Origin: Promethearchaeota archaeon
GTDB taxonomy: Archaea > Asgardarchaeota > Lokiarchaeia > Sigyniarchaeales > SOKP01
Assembly: GCA_030603385.1 (NCBI GenBank)
Contig: JAUVXW010000017.1
Coordinates: forward strand, 1-64,000
Length of the DNA stretch: 64,000 nucleotides
Reading direction: 5' to 3'
The notes under the pieces were generated by a model, which was not told where the DNA came from, searched no databases, and saw only the letters and a program-made list of their open reading frames with translations. The position numbers and the translations under genes were made by a program. This document shows, in pieces, positions 41,573 to 51,214 of this stretch. Each line of letters opens with the position of its first letter. Position 1 is the first letter of the stretch.

Positions 41573-42604
41573 TTGCTACATAATATCTTTTTATTTAAGG
41601 GAAAGAAAGATCTGGAGGATCTTAATATTTATTGTTACCCTAAAGAAATTATTAATGTAAACAATAAACTACTTGTTAATAATATCATAAAAGGGCATGA
41701 TCAAGGAAAAATAAATGATAGAAAAGAATTACTTTCAAGCTGTAATAATTTAAATCATTATAAAATTGATAAACCAGTTGCCCTATATATTAATGATTAC
41801 AATATCTACACTTCTTGTATTGATGAGGATATTATCATAGGTTTAATCTTTGAAGATGATGATAACCCTTACGATTATAAAGATATTTTTGAAGAATTAT
41901 TGTGTGAATTGCTGAACAACGGCAATGGATATTCGTTCGAGGAAGAGATGGAAATAGATAATTTATTAATCTCAATGTTCATTGATCTTCGAAGATATGG
42001 AGATGAAGTTGTAGAAAAAACTCCAGAAATAGAATTTTATTACCAGAGAGAGGCATTTTTTAAGGTATTCCTATTTGGAATTGATGAAGTTGGAAAAACA
42101 AGTTTTGTACGAAGGTTAAAAACTGGAGAATTCAATGAAAATTATTTCACTCCAACAAGAAAGTTTAATATAGAATACATTCAAGAAGAAGAACGAGGAT
42201 TACTGGCTGTATGGGACATGCCAGGGCAAGAACTTTTCAGATCAAAATGGCTTAAAGGGTTACAAGATTCTAATATTATTGTATATATGATAGATATCGC
42301 AAATCAGAGAAGATTTAAAGAATCAAAGAAAGAATTATGGAAAATCTTGAATAATAATGAATTGAATGGCATTCCATTATTGATCTTGGGAAATAAAAGT
42401 GATATAATCAAATATTCAGATGAAAATTATGAGACCCAACTTCAGAATTTAAAGGAAGAAGTTATTGATTATTTTGACTTTGAAAAAGTGGAGAATAGGA
42501 ATTGGAAATTCATTTTTACCTCAGTAAAAACCAATCACAACATTGAGAAAACAGTTCAAACGATCTTCGATTTGATATCAAATTATGAGCATATCCAAAA
42601 ATAA
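41573..42604 (+). CDS. Arf/Rab-like small GTPase with an N-terminal extension (possible longin-like domain)
   Basis: G1 GIDEVGKTS, G2 PT, G3 WDMPGQ, G4 NKSD, G5 TSVK; about 160-aa alpha/beta N-terminal domain. Confidence 0.88.
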   Translation: MLHNIFLFKGKKDLEDLNIYCYPKEIINVNNKLLVNNIIKGHDQGKINDRKELLSSCNNLNHYKIDKPVALYINDYNIYTSCIDEDIIIGLIFEDDDNPYDYKDIFEELLCELLNNGNGYSFEEEMEIDNLLISMFIDLRRYGDEVVEKTPEIEFYYQREAFFKVFLFGIDEVGKTSFVRRLKTGEFNENYFTPTRKFNIEYIQEEERGLLAVWDMPGQELFRSKWLKGLQDSNIIVYMIDIANQRRFKESKKELWKILNNNELNGIPLLILGNKSDIIKYSDENYETQLQNLKEEVIDYFDFEKVENRNWKFIFTSVKTNHNIEKTVQTIFDLISNYEHIQK

Positions 42605-42746
42605 AGCGCTCTATTCTGGTAAATTTTGAAAAAAATTGATTTAATCATTAAATTTAAATATCTAGGCATTTAAATTTCTATTATACGAAATAACAACTTT
42701 AGAAAGAATTATTAAACCTCCGTGAATATTGAAATAGGGGAAATGT

Positions 42747-43340
42747 ATGTCGAAAAGACTGAAAAAAGCGCTCCAAATAATGATAGATGAAAAAGAGGGG
42801 CACTTGTTTTTTGGAGATAAAAAGAAGGATTTAAAATTATTAATGCTACGACCTATTGATTTAATTGAATTCTCTGAATTTGCTGGCACAAATGCTGATG
42901 ATATACTTATCTGGGTTGGTAAGTCATTAGGAAGAACTTTTATGGAAAAGTTTTTCTACAGTAAAGACTGGGGGAGTGAGACTATGCCAACTAGAAAAGG
43001 TGTATTTCTAGGATCACTTGAAGCCTTAGAACTTATGGGATATGGACAAATAATAGGCAAATTTAGAAAAGATCATATCTTAATCGAAGTGGAAGATTCG
43101 ATTGCATGTGAGGAAACTGACAACATTATGGCCAAAAATCTGTGCCTATTATACCTAGGAATCTTCAGTGGATTATTTGATATCTTACAAATGGATGTAG
43201 ATGGAGAAGAAATCGGATGCGCCTTATTAGAAGAAGAAAAATGTACATTTAAATTTGATTTTATTGGTGGAGAACTGGAAACTGGTTTAATTGATGAAGA
43301 ATCTGAAGAAAATGTTTCTGAGTTTTTATCTACTCTTTAA
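42747..43340 (+). CDS. V4R-domain (BET3/TRAPP-related fold) protein
   Basis: VGKSLG, MGYG, CLLYLGIFSG, EIGC...CTFKF. Confidence 0.7.
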   Translation: MSKRLKKALQIMIDEKEGHLFFGDKKKDLKLLMLRPIDLIEFSEFAGTNADDILIWVGKSLGRTFMEKFFYSKDWGSETMPTRKGVFLGSLEALELMGYGQIIGKFRKDHILIEVEDSIACEETDNIMAKNLCLLYLGIFSGLFDILQMDVDGEEIGCALLEEEKCTFKFDFIGGELETGLIDEESEENVSEFLSTL

Positions 43341-43616
43341 GCATATATAGTGTTTCTAAATTTATTTCTCTTGAAACCCATTCTATTATTTTAACTAATG
43401 ATTTATAGGCATCTAATTTAGTTAAAGTTATTTGTTGAAAGGTTTGGAAAAGAACCAGGATGTTCTATTGAAATATCGTTATTATAAGATTGAGTAAAAT
43501 ATGTGAGAACCAAAAGATTCATAACTAGCCCTGTAATCCACAAGAATTTAAATCATAATACATAAAATAACCTATTAATATAGAATAAAAAAATAACAAT
43601 TCGGAGAAAATAGAAA

Positions 43617-43907
43617 ATGGGAAAAAAAGAAGACGGTCAAGAGAACTCAGTCTTCGTAGGCCGTCGTCCTACGATGAATTATGTAATGGCAGTGATGATG
43701 ATCTTGAATAAAGAAGAAGATTGTACTGTAAAGGCTCGCGGCAGAGCGATTTCTCACGCCGTCGATATTTGTGAGATTTTAAAAAATCGCTTTTTGAAAG
43801 GAACGGAATATAAAGAGATTCGCATTTCTACGGAGCAACTTAAGAGCGAGGATGGTCGTGAAAATAATGTAAGCTCAATAGAGATCGTTCTCTCACCTCC
43901 GGGATAA
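43617..43907 (+). CDS. albA: DNA/RNA-binding protein Alba
   Basis: VFVGRRPTMNYV, VKARGRAISHAVD, VSSIEIVL. Confidence 0.95.
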   Translation: MGKKEDGQENSVFVGRRPTMNYVMAVMMILNKEEDCTVKARGRAISHAVDICEILKNRFLKGTEYKEIRISTEQLKSEDGRENNVSSIEIVLSPPG

Positions 43908-44296
43908 AAAGAATTCGAATTTTTTTTAGGATTAAATGATTCAATTAAGTTGACATTCACTTTCAACCTTTTTTTTTGTACTAATCTTTTACCTCGTCAA
44001 GTTCTAGGGTTATAGGAGTGTGTCTTTTATGATTTACTTTAAAAAGTTTTATAAGATTTTGATTCGAGAGTATTAATTTTTGTCGGAAGAGGTTGAATAA
44101 ACTAAATTTTCTAAACTAAGTTTTTATTTCTTATTTAATTGTTACATTATTGAGGACATTTCTGAAAAGTAGCCTTACATCACACTAGTAAACTTTCCGA
44201 TGTTCTTGAATTGCTATATTTATCGAGGATAGTAGTTCTTAAAGCAAATTACAGTGTGTAAAAGTTTTATGATACCCTATTGTTTATAGAAATGAA

Positions 44297-44314
44297 AGTG
44301 TGAAGTTTCACACT
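44297..44314. promoter_or_regulatory. Perfect inverted repeat AGTGTGAA-GT-TTCACACT, candidate operator upstream of cdhA
   Basis: 8-bp arms with a 2-nt spacer, 140 nt upstream of the cdhA ATG in a ~550-bp intergenic region. Confidence 0.5.
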
Positions 44315-44454
44315 AAATCTAAATAACTTGATTGCTGATAATCTTTTTAAAAGTTAATCAATAGCTTTTATTTTCATGGATTAATTATTACAAATATACT
44401 ATAAATTATGATTAAAAAAATCAGATTAAAAAAATTAGAAAAAATGATGCAAAA

Positions 44455-46803
44455 ATGAGTAGAAAAGCTGCAAAAATTAAAATTGATGAATATAAAGGGC
44501 CACTCGGAACTATAAAAGGATTTGAACTAACAACCGGTAAAATATCATATGGTGATGAAACTGAATGGGAACCACTTGGACCGACAGCCTCACCTCATAT
44601 ACCTACACTGCGATCATGGTTTTTTAAGATGATGGAAAGGTACAAACCGTTTTATATGCCAATCTGTGATATGTGCTGTTTATGCACTTACGGTAAATGT
44701 AACCTTTCTAAAGGCCGAACAGGTGCGTGTGGTATTAATATAGAAGGTGCATGCGCAAAAATAGTGGAGATTGCCTGTTGTATAGGTGCAGCGTGCCACT
44801 CGGCTCATGGTGATCATCTACTACATTGGCTAAAACAGAAATATGGAAATGTGCCAATTAATTTTGGAAACAATATCGCTGTAGAGATGCCACATACTCG
44901 ATTAGTAGTTGGGATGAAACCTGAGACGCTTGAGGATTTAGAGACTGCGATGGAGTGGGTACAAAGCACTATCACGCATCTCTTAGCCGCGGGTCACACG
45001 GGTCAAGAGTCAAATTATTTAGATTATGAGGCTAAAAGCTTTTTAGCAGGACTAGCAGATTCTGTAGGCATGGAAATTTCCGACGCAGTGCAGATTGCGG
45101 CGTATGGGTTTCCACTGGGTGATCCAGATGTCCCAATCGTAGAATTAGGAATGGGCACTATGGATAGTGAAAATAAAGCGACAATTTTAATGATAGGTCA
45201 TAATGTTGCCCCTGGTGTAGAACTTGTTGATTACATGAGAGAAAATAACTTGGATAGTAAAGTAGATGTAGGTGCAATTTGTTGTACTGCATTAGATTTA
45301 ACTAGATACTATTCTGGTGCTAAAATCGTTGGTTCTCTCTCCCGTCAGATGTTTTACATTCGCTCTGGTCTAGCCGATGTCGTAATGGTTGATGAACAAT
45401 GCGTTAATCTTCGCAGTCACGAGCAAGCAGCATTAGTAAATGCTCCGTTTATTGCGACAAATGAAAAAAATATGGGCGGATTACCTGATCGAACTAATGA
45501 TCCTGCTGAAGAAATAATAGATGATTTAGTTAGTGGCAAAATGGATGGAGTATTAATCCTAGATCCAGTAAAGGCAGGAAAAGTTGCTGTTGAAACGGCT
45601 ATTAAAGTAAGACCTATAAGAAAGTCTAAAAGTGCCATCCCTGATGAGCAAGGCTGTATTGATATGGCAATGAATTGTAATGGTTGTGGCAATTGTCAGA
45701 GAAATTGTCCAAACGATTTACCTATTGTTGAAGGTGTTGTAATGGTAAAAGATGGTGATTTCTCATTATTAGAAGAAGTATATGATTCTTGTCTGGATTG
45801 TGGTAGGTGTGAAGCCGAATGTATGAAAGAAGTATCTCCTTTAACTTTAATCATGTATGCGGGAAGGGAAAAAATTCGAAATGAAAAATATAATTGTAGA
45901 TCTGGTCGCGGACCAATTATGGACACAGAAATCCGTAATGTCGGTGCTCCTATTGTGTTAGGAGAAATACCCGGTATTATCGCAATTATAGGATGTGCTA
46001 ATTATGCTAAAGATATCCAAGAATTATACTTGTTGGCAGAAGAATTCTTAATTAGAAATTATATAGTCTGTGTTAGTGGGTGTGCTGCTATGGATATTGG
46101 ATTAGTCAAGGATGAAGAGGGTAAAACACTTTACGATCGATTCCCTGGAGATTTTGACCGTGGAGGCTTAGTAAACGTTGGCTCATGTGTTTCGAATCCA
46201 CACATAACTGGAGCAGCACTAAAAGTCGCTAATATCTTCGCGAGACGCCCTCTAAGGGGTAATTTTGAAGAGATTGCCGATTATGTTCTTAATCGTGTAG
46301 GTGCAGTCGGTGTTGCGTGGGGTGCGATGTCCCAGAAAGCCGCGAGTATCGCGAGTATGGCTAATGGAGTAGGAGTTCCTGCAGTATGCGGGCCACATTC
46401 AGCAGAATATCGACGTATGTATATTGGGCGTTCTGATGATGAAGACACTTGGAAGGTTTTTAATGCAAGAGATGGAACAGAAGGTCATCTAGTAGGACCC
46501 GGACCAGAACACTTATTAACAACTGCAGAAAGTATTGAACAAGCGATCTGCCTTGTTGCTAAATTATGCCTGAGGCCAGCAGATAACTCTAAAGGGAGAA
46601 TGATTAAACTTTCTCACTGGATTGATTTAGAGAGAAAATACAAAGGAGTTCAATTTCCTAATGACTTAGAGAGATTTATACGTGTTGAAGCAGATATACC
46701 AATTGCTATAAAAGATGAAGTAAAGGCATTTCTCGAAGAGAGAGGTTGGGAACCAAAAGAAATCATCGATCCAACCTTATTAAAAAGGCTCTGCCGAACA
46801 TAA
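44455..46803 (+). CDS. cdhA: CO dehydrogenase/acetyl-CoA synthase complex, alpha subunit
   Basis: CDMCCLCTYGKC, GAACHSAH, IGHN, ICCT, DEQC, two ferredoxin-type motifs (CNGCGNC, CLDCGRC), GCANY, GSCVSNPH. Confidence 0.96.
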   Translation: MSRKAAKIKIDEYKGPLGTIKGFELTTGKISYGDETEWEPLGPTASPHIPTLRSWFFKMMERYKPFYMPICDMCCLCTYGKCNLSKGRTGACGINIEGACAKIVEIACCIGAACHSAHGDHLLHWLKQKYGNVPINFGNNIAVEMPHTRLVVGMKPETLEDLETAMEWVQSTITHLLAAGHTGQESNYLDYEAKSFLAGLADSVGMEISDAVQIAAYGFPLGDPDVPIVELGMGTMDSENKATILMIGHNVAPGVELVDYMRENNLDSKVDVGAICCTALDLTRYYSGAKIVGSLSRQMFYIRSGLADVVMVDEQCVNLRSHEQAALVNAPFIATNEKNMGGLPDRTNDPAEEIIDDLVSGKMDGVLILDPVKAGKVAVETAIKVRPIRKSKSAIPDEQGCIDMAMNCNGCGNCQRNCPNDLPIVEGVVMVKDGDFSLLEEVYDSCLDCGRCEAECMKEVSPLTLIMYAGREKIRNEKYNCRSGRGPIMDTEIRNVGAPIVLGEIPGIIAIIGCANYAKDIQELYLLAEEFLIRNYIVCVSGCAAMDIGLVKDEEGKTLYDRFPGDFDRGGLVNVGSCVSNPHITGAALKVANIFARRPLRGNFEEIADYVLNRVGAVGVAWGAMSQKAASIASMANGVGVPAVCGPHSAEYRRMYIGRSDDEDTWKVFNARDGTEGHLVGPGPEHLLTTAESIEQAICLVAKLCLRPADNSKGRMIKLSHWIDLERKYKGVQFPNDLERFIRVEADIPIAIKDEVKAFLEERGWEPKEIIDPTLLKRLCRT

Positions 46804-46853
46804 TTTAATTTTCTTTATTATTTTTCTTTTTTATTTTTTAGATTTTATTTTTT
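46804..46853 (+). terminator. T-rich archaeal terminator candidate after cdhA
   Basis: Several oligo-T tracts directly after the stop codon. Confidence 0.4.
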
Positions 46854-46988
46854 ATGAATTAGATTATTCTATCAAATATTCTTATGCTTCTTCCATTTAG
46901 GAATCTATTCATAAGGAAAAAGTAAAATTAAAGGATAATACAAAATTATTCTATTTAATGTTCCTTAAACTTTAATGAGTGAGAAATA

Positions 46989-47207
46989 TTGGATAAAAAT
47001 GATAAGGATTTATTAAAATTGTCGAAATATTGTAAACACTGGGCAGATCACAACAACTCCCATAAAGAGAGTTACTTAAAATGGCTAAATATTGCCAAGG
47101 AAAAAGGATTAGCTTCTATTGTTGAAAACTTAAATAAAGCAATTGAAATGTTAGATAAATGTAATGAGTATTTACTTTCTGCTTATCAAGAGTTAGAAAG
47201 AGACTAG
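46989..47207 (+). CDS. Small helical His-motif protein (HWxxHNxxH), candidate metal (Ni/Co) binder
   Basis: KHWADHNNSHKESY..W; 72 aa; directly downstream of cdhA. Confidence 0.7.
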   Translation: MDKNDKDLLKLSKYCKHWADHNNSHKESYLKWLNIAKEKGLASIVENLNKAIEMLDKCNEYLLSAYQELERD

Positions 47208-47239
47208 TAGAGTTAATTTCTTACAGTAAAAAAAGGGAA

Positions 47240-48448
47240 TTATAGGAATAGATTAATTAATGGTAATAATTGTTCTTTAAAATACCCTATTTTACCTTCC
47301 AATTTTTCAGGTTCTTCAGAAAGAGCCCAAAGATATACAGGAATTTGTAGATCTGAGTATTCAAATAGTTTTTCTCCTCGGATTGTAAACCCATTAAGAG
47401 GCAAATCAAGTCTTATTGATTTCTCACGAATCAAACCAATAGAGTTATAGAAGTTGGAAAGGGTCTGTAGAAGTAGCGCGGTATTATTTATTAACATCTC
47501 ATCTGTATCTGTACTGGTATAACTACCAAAAATTAACCCATCCATAGATACTAAACTTGAGGCTTTTGCTTCTACTTGAGAGCAGAAATCTTCAAGGATA
47601 TTTTCGATTATTTCAGAAGTATCAGAGACTTTCTTCAACGCAATACTAAACATTTGCATTATGGTTTCTCTTTGAAATACAGTTGTATCACAGAAATCAA
47701 CTGAAAACTGCTCAAACTCATCTGAGACTTTAATAAATTTATTTTTTATTGTAGTTACATTTTGTTGCCATTGAAGTGTTTTTCGAATATCCTGATCACT
47801 TTTGCTTATAACAATGAGAAGAGCAGGTTTTTCTTCTAAATCTACTAAAACCTTCAGAACCTCTCTGAAATAGTTTGCAGATTCCGGAAATCTATCAGGA
47901 TCCTGACTGTCAATAACATAAAGTATGATGTCTGCTTCTGTGAAAAATAATTCTGGTCTATTAAAGTAAAGCTTCTCTCTGTATTGGACTTGCCCGCCAA
48001 GGTCCCATGAAACTATCGGGTAACCGAAAAAGTCTAGCTTTTCTCTTTTTACACCCCTTGTTGGAAGTAGAGATTTAATTATTGAAAATTTATCTTGAAC
48101 TACTGCTAAAATAGAAGTTTTACCGCCGTTGTCGAGTCCGATCATAAGTAATTTCTTATGTCTCCTTAATTGTTCTTGAACATTTTTCTTGATAACTTGA
48201 GTTATTTTAACCCATTTTTGTAACATCGATGGTAATACATCTTTTATTTCAGGAAGATTAGCAACAGATATGTTTGCTAAATCTCCAATAGATTTTATAC
48301 CATTTGCAAGTAATTGATCAGAGCTAACTTTATCGACACCTATTAATGTTTCTGGTTTAAATCTCAAAATTTCTTCAAGTTCACTGATCAAAACATTACG
48401 TTTAAAGAAATCCTTTAATACAACTTTTTTACTGGTTTGATCTGACAT
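47240..48448 (-). CDS. Small GTPase with an N-terminal helix-hairpin-helix and a C-terminal roadblock/longin-like domain (Rag-like architecture)
   Basis: LIGVDKVSSDQLLANGIKSIGDLA; GLDNGGKTS, PTRG, WDLGGQ, SKSD; C-terminal SLVSMDGLIFGS. Confidence 0.85.
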   Translation of the reverse strand: MSDQTSKKVVLKDFFKRNVLISELEEILRFKPETLIGVDKVSSDQLLANGIKSIGDLANISVANLPEIKDVLPSMLQKWVKITQVIKKNVQEQLRRHKKLLMIGLDNGGKTSILAVVQDKFSIIKSLLPTRGVKREKLDFFGYPIVSWDLGGQVQYREKLYFNRPELFFTEADIILYVIDSQDPDRFPESANYFREVLKVLVDLEEKPALLIVISKSDQDIRKTLQWQQNVTTIKNKFIKVSDEFEQFSVDFCDTTVFQRETIMQMFSIALKKVSDTSEIIENILEDFCSQVEAKASSLVSMDGLIFGSYTSTDTDEMLINNTALLLQTLSNFYNSIGLIREKSIRLDLPLNGFTIRGEKLFEYSDLQIPVYLWALSEEPEKLEGKIGYFKEQLLPLINLFL

Positions 48449-48622
48449 TCTACATCAGAATATTTTACATTTTTCTTTATACTTTATACTTAATAAGATA
48501 TTATTAAATTTTAGTAATTTTACTAATTATTTAATAATTAATTACTATTTAAAAAATAGATTAATTGGAAAAGCACTGTAGTTGAATTCTTATAAATATG
48601 TCCTAAAGATAGTAATAATAAA

Positions 48623-49828
48623 ATGACTGAGCAAAGAATACCTGAAAATATTGTAGTGTGCTTGGATACTTCAAGATCGATGTATAAGAAGGATTTTCCT
48701 CCTAATCGATTAACTTGTTGCACCAATGCCATTAAAATACTCATAAGTAAAAGGTTTGATTTAGATAGTTTAAGTACCTTTGCTATAATCAAATTTTCTG
48801 ACAAAGCAGAAAAAATAATTGATTTTACCACCTCAACATATATCAATAACCTTAATAAGGCGTTAGATTCTCTTAAATGTGGAGGATATTCTGCATTAGG
48901 TGATGGATTAGCTTTAGGAATCAAAACTGTTATTGCAGAATTGCGGAAAATTGGTGCTAAACCTCCAAGAATCCTCTTAATCTCTGACGGAAAAATTATG
49001 AATACTGCTGTTGATCCTTTAAAAATGGCACGATTGGCACAAGGATTAAATATTAAAATTGATACATTTTTAGTAGGAGAGATTGGCCAAGTAAATATGT
49101 TAAAAAGATTAAGTGATATTACAAAAGGCAGGTATTTTTATAATAGTGATTCTGAGAGTTTAATAAGATCGGCTCAAGAAATTGCTGATGATAATTATAA
49201 AAGGTATGGATCTAACAAGGAGGTAATAAGTGAAAATCCTGCTTTTCTGAGAAAAATTGCGGCAGATTTATTGAGAGTTCAAGATTTAACTAAAGATCAA
49301 AAACAACGGGCAAAACAAATAAGAGGAGAGGTTGATTTTAAGAAATGTTCAATCTGCTTTTCTGATAAAAATCCTTATACTAAGGGATCCTTTTATATTA
49401 CAGGTCGTTATTGTCCTAATTGTACTACTCCATTCCATATACATTGTTTAGCGGGTTGGGCAGATTCTCAAAAAGATCATATAGTGAAAAGATCAGGAAC
49501 AGCACGATGCCCACATTGTTTTTATTTATTAAGAATTCCAACTGAGGTTACTCAAATACAAAAATTACGCATTCTTTCTCGTGGCAATAAGGAAGAACCC
49601 GCAAAAAGACCTGAAATCCTCCCAGCAAAATATATCGAAGATGTTGCCTTACTTGGAGAGGATGCTCTGTTTAGTGCATGTCCCGTATGTCATTTAATAT
49701 TTGAGAAAGGACAGCGGGCAGTTCAATGTGGTAATCTTGAATGTAATGCACTTTATCATGAGGATTGCTTTAAAAAACTAAAAGATGGTCATTGTAGAAA
49801 TTGTGATGTTAAACTCCATCTATATTAA
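48623..49828 (+). CDS. VWA-domain protein with two C-terminal C4HC3 RING/PHD-like zinc fingers (Ssl1/p44-like VWA)
   Basis: MIDAS DTSRS, DFPPNRL, LISDG; CSIC..CPNC..FHIHC..W..CPHC and CPVC..CGNLEC..YHEDC..CRNC. Confidence 0.85.
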   Translation: MTEQRIPENIVVCLDTSRSMYKKDFPPNRLTCCTNAIKILISKRFDLDSLSTFAIIKFSDKAEKIIDFTTSTYINNLNKALDSLKCGGYSALGDGLALGIKTVIAELRKIGAKPPRILLISDGKIMNTAVDPLKMARLAQGLNIKIDTFLVGEIGQVNMLKRLSDITKGRYFYNSDSESLIRSAQEIADDNYKRYGSNKEVISENPAFLRKIAADLLRVQDLTKDQKQRAKQIRGEVDFKKCSICFSDKNPYTKGSFYITGRYCPNCTTPFHIHCLAGWADSQKDHIVKRSGTARCPHCFYLLRIPTEVTQIQKLRILSRGNKEEPAKRPEILPAKYIEDVALLGEDALFSACPVCHLIFEKGQRAVQCGNLECNALYHEDCFKKLKDGHCRNCDVKLHLY

Positions 49829-49850
49829 TTAAAATTTGTATTCGATCAAT

Positions 49851-50129
49851 ATGAATGATATGAATAATAATGTACGGAATCAGATAGGTGTTGCTGCCTA
49901 TTATCTTGCTCAAAGGAATTATTCTTATGATGTAGTCTGTTGGATGCTTGCCGAGAGACAATTGTTTGCTCAGAAAGATCCGAGATATGCAGAAAAGCAA
50001 AGAATTAGAGAAAAAGCGGCAGAAATCTTTTTTTCAAAACAACCCTATGATATTATCTGTTGGTATATCGCGGAACTTGATATTTTATTAAAGATTAAAA
50101 AATCGAGAAAACCTAAAGTTTCCTTTTAG
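49851..50129 (+). CDS. Small protein with a duplicated DUF2934-like helical motif
   Basis: IGVAAYYLAQR..SYDVVCWMLAE and IREKAAEIFFS..PYDIICWYIAE. Confidence 0.7.
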   Translation: MNDMNNNVRNQIGVAAYYLAQRNYSYDVVCWMLAERQLFAQKDPRYAEKQRIREKAAEIFFSKQPYDIICWYIAELDILLKIKKSRKPKVSF

Positions 50130-50182
50130 CTGTTAAGTCTTATTTTAAAATAATTTGGACAAAAGATTTATACGAAAGAACT

Positions 50183-51061
50183 ATGAGCGAACTTAAATTT
50201 TATAATTATGGAGATATTAAAGTAGGAAGAGGAGATTTTGAACTACCTCCCCTATTAATAGGAACTCTTTTTTATCAAGGTCAGTCTTTTGTTAATAGAA
50301 AAAATAGTGAAATATTCGATGAGAGGAAGGCACTTAAGCGAATAAACACACAAGTAGCCTTATCAAAACAATATAAAATTCCTAATCTAATTGAAATTTC
50401 AGCAACTACACCCAAAGCTATGGTCAAATATTTAGAATTTTATTTAGGTAATTTTGATCCTCCTTTTGTTTTAGGAGGGAATTTTGAATCTAGAGTTGCT
50501 GGGATCGAATACTTATCAGAACATGGGATTAAACCTGATCAATACATATATAATACTATTTCAAATCTCAAAAATAAACAAGAATTAGAGATTCTGCAAA
50601 AATATAAAATTCAATCTACTGTTGTTTTGATACTTGGCTCAGAAAATATGACATCTACTCAGAGATATGAATACATAACTGGAAAAAACCAACCTAATAA
50701 TGTAAGCATATTAGAGGGATTAAAACGTTTAGGAATTGAAAAAGTTTGGATTGATGGCGGTGTAATTAATTTAGAAAGCTTAACTCATGTATTAGAAACG
50801 CAGCAATTAGTTAGTACAGCATTACAGCTTCCGGTAGGCACAGCTCCGAATCTTTTTCTTTTTCAGTATTCCTCACCACGTTTGAATATTAAATTCCATA
50901 CACGTTATAGACGGGCTAGTATTATGTTTATTGCCACATGGTACTCTAATTTTATTTTTTATGGGGCAATTGAAGATGCAGAAGAATCATTCTCTTCAGC
51001 ATATCAATCACTAGAATTTAAAAAAATTGTTAGATGTCGAAATATGAAATTTTTTACTTAA
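50183..51061 (+). CDS. MtrH-like pterin-binding methyltransferase (divergent)
   Basis: GDIKVG...PPLLIGTLFYQG, IYNTI, LPVGTAPN, FIFYGAIEDA. Confidence 0.75.
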   Translation: MSELKFYNYGDIKVGRGDFELPPLLIGTLFYQGQSFVNRKNSEIFDERKALKRINTQVALSKQYKIPNLIEISATTPKAMVKYLEFYLGNFDPPFVLGGNFESRVAGIEYLSEHGIKPDQYIYNTISNLKNKQELEILQKYKIQSTVVLILGSENMTSTQRYEYITGKNQPNNVSILEGLKRLGIEKVWIDGGVINLESLTHVLETQQLVSTALQLPVGTAPNLFLFQYSSPRLNIKFHTRYRRASIMFIATWYSNFIFYGAIEDAEESFSSAYQSLEFKKIVRCRNMKFFT

Positions 51062-51214
51062 TATATTACTCTTTTCTTGCCGGATTTATCAGTAATGAAG
51101 GAAAAAATGTAAAAAATATAATAAAAAGCTATTAATACTAAGGTTTTAATATTTTAATTAAGTCTATACAATTTGGATATTAAAATTCTTTTATACTTTA
51201 TTTGGAGAGAAATT

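Noticed and set aside
43617-46803. alba and cdhA look more GC/CpG-rich than their neighbours (possible horizontal transfer)
   Set aside because: Amino-acid composition and expression-linked codon use can explain this; there are no mobility signatures and the difference was not quantified.
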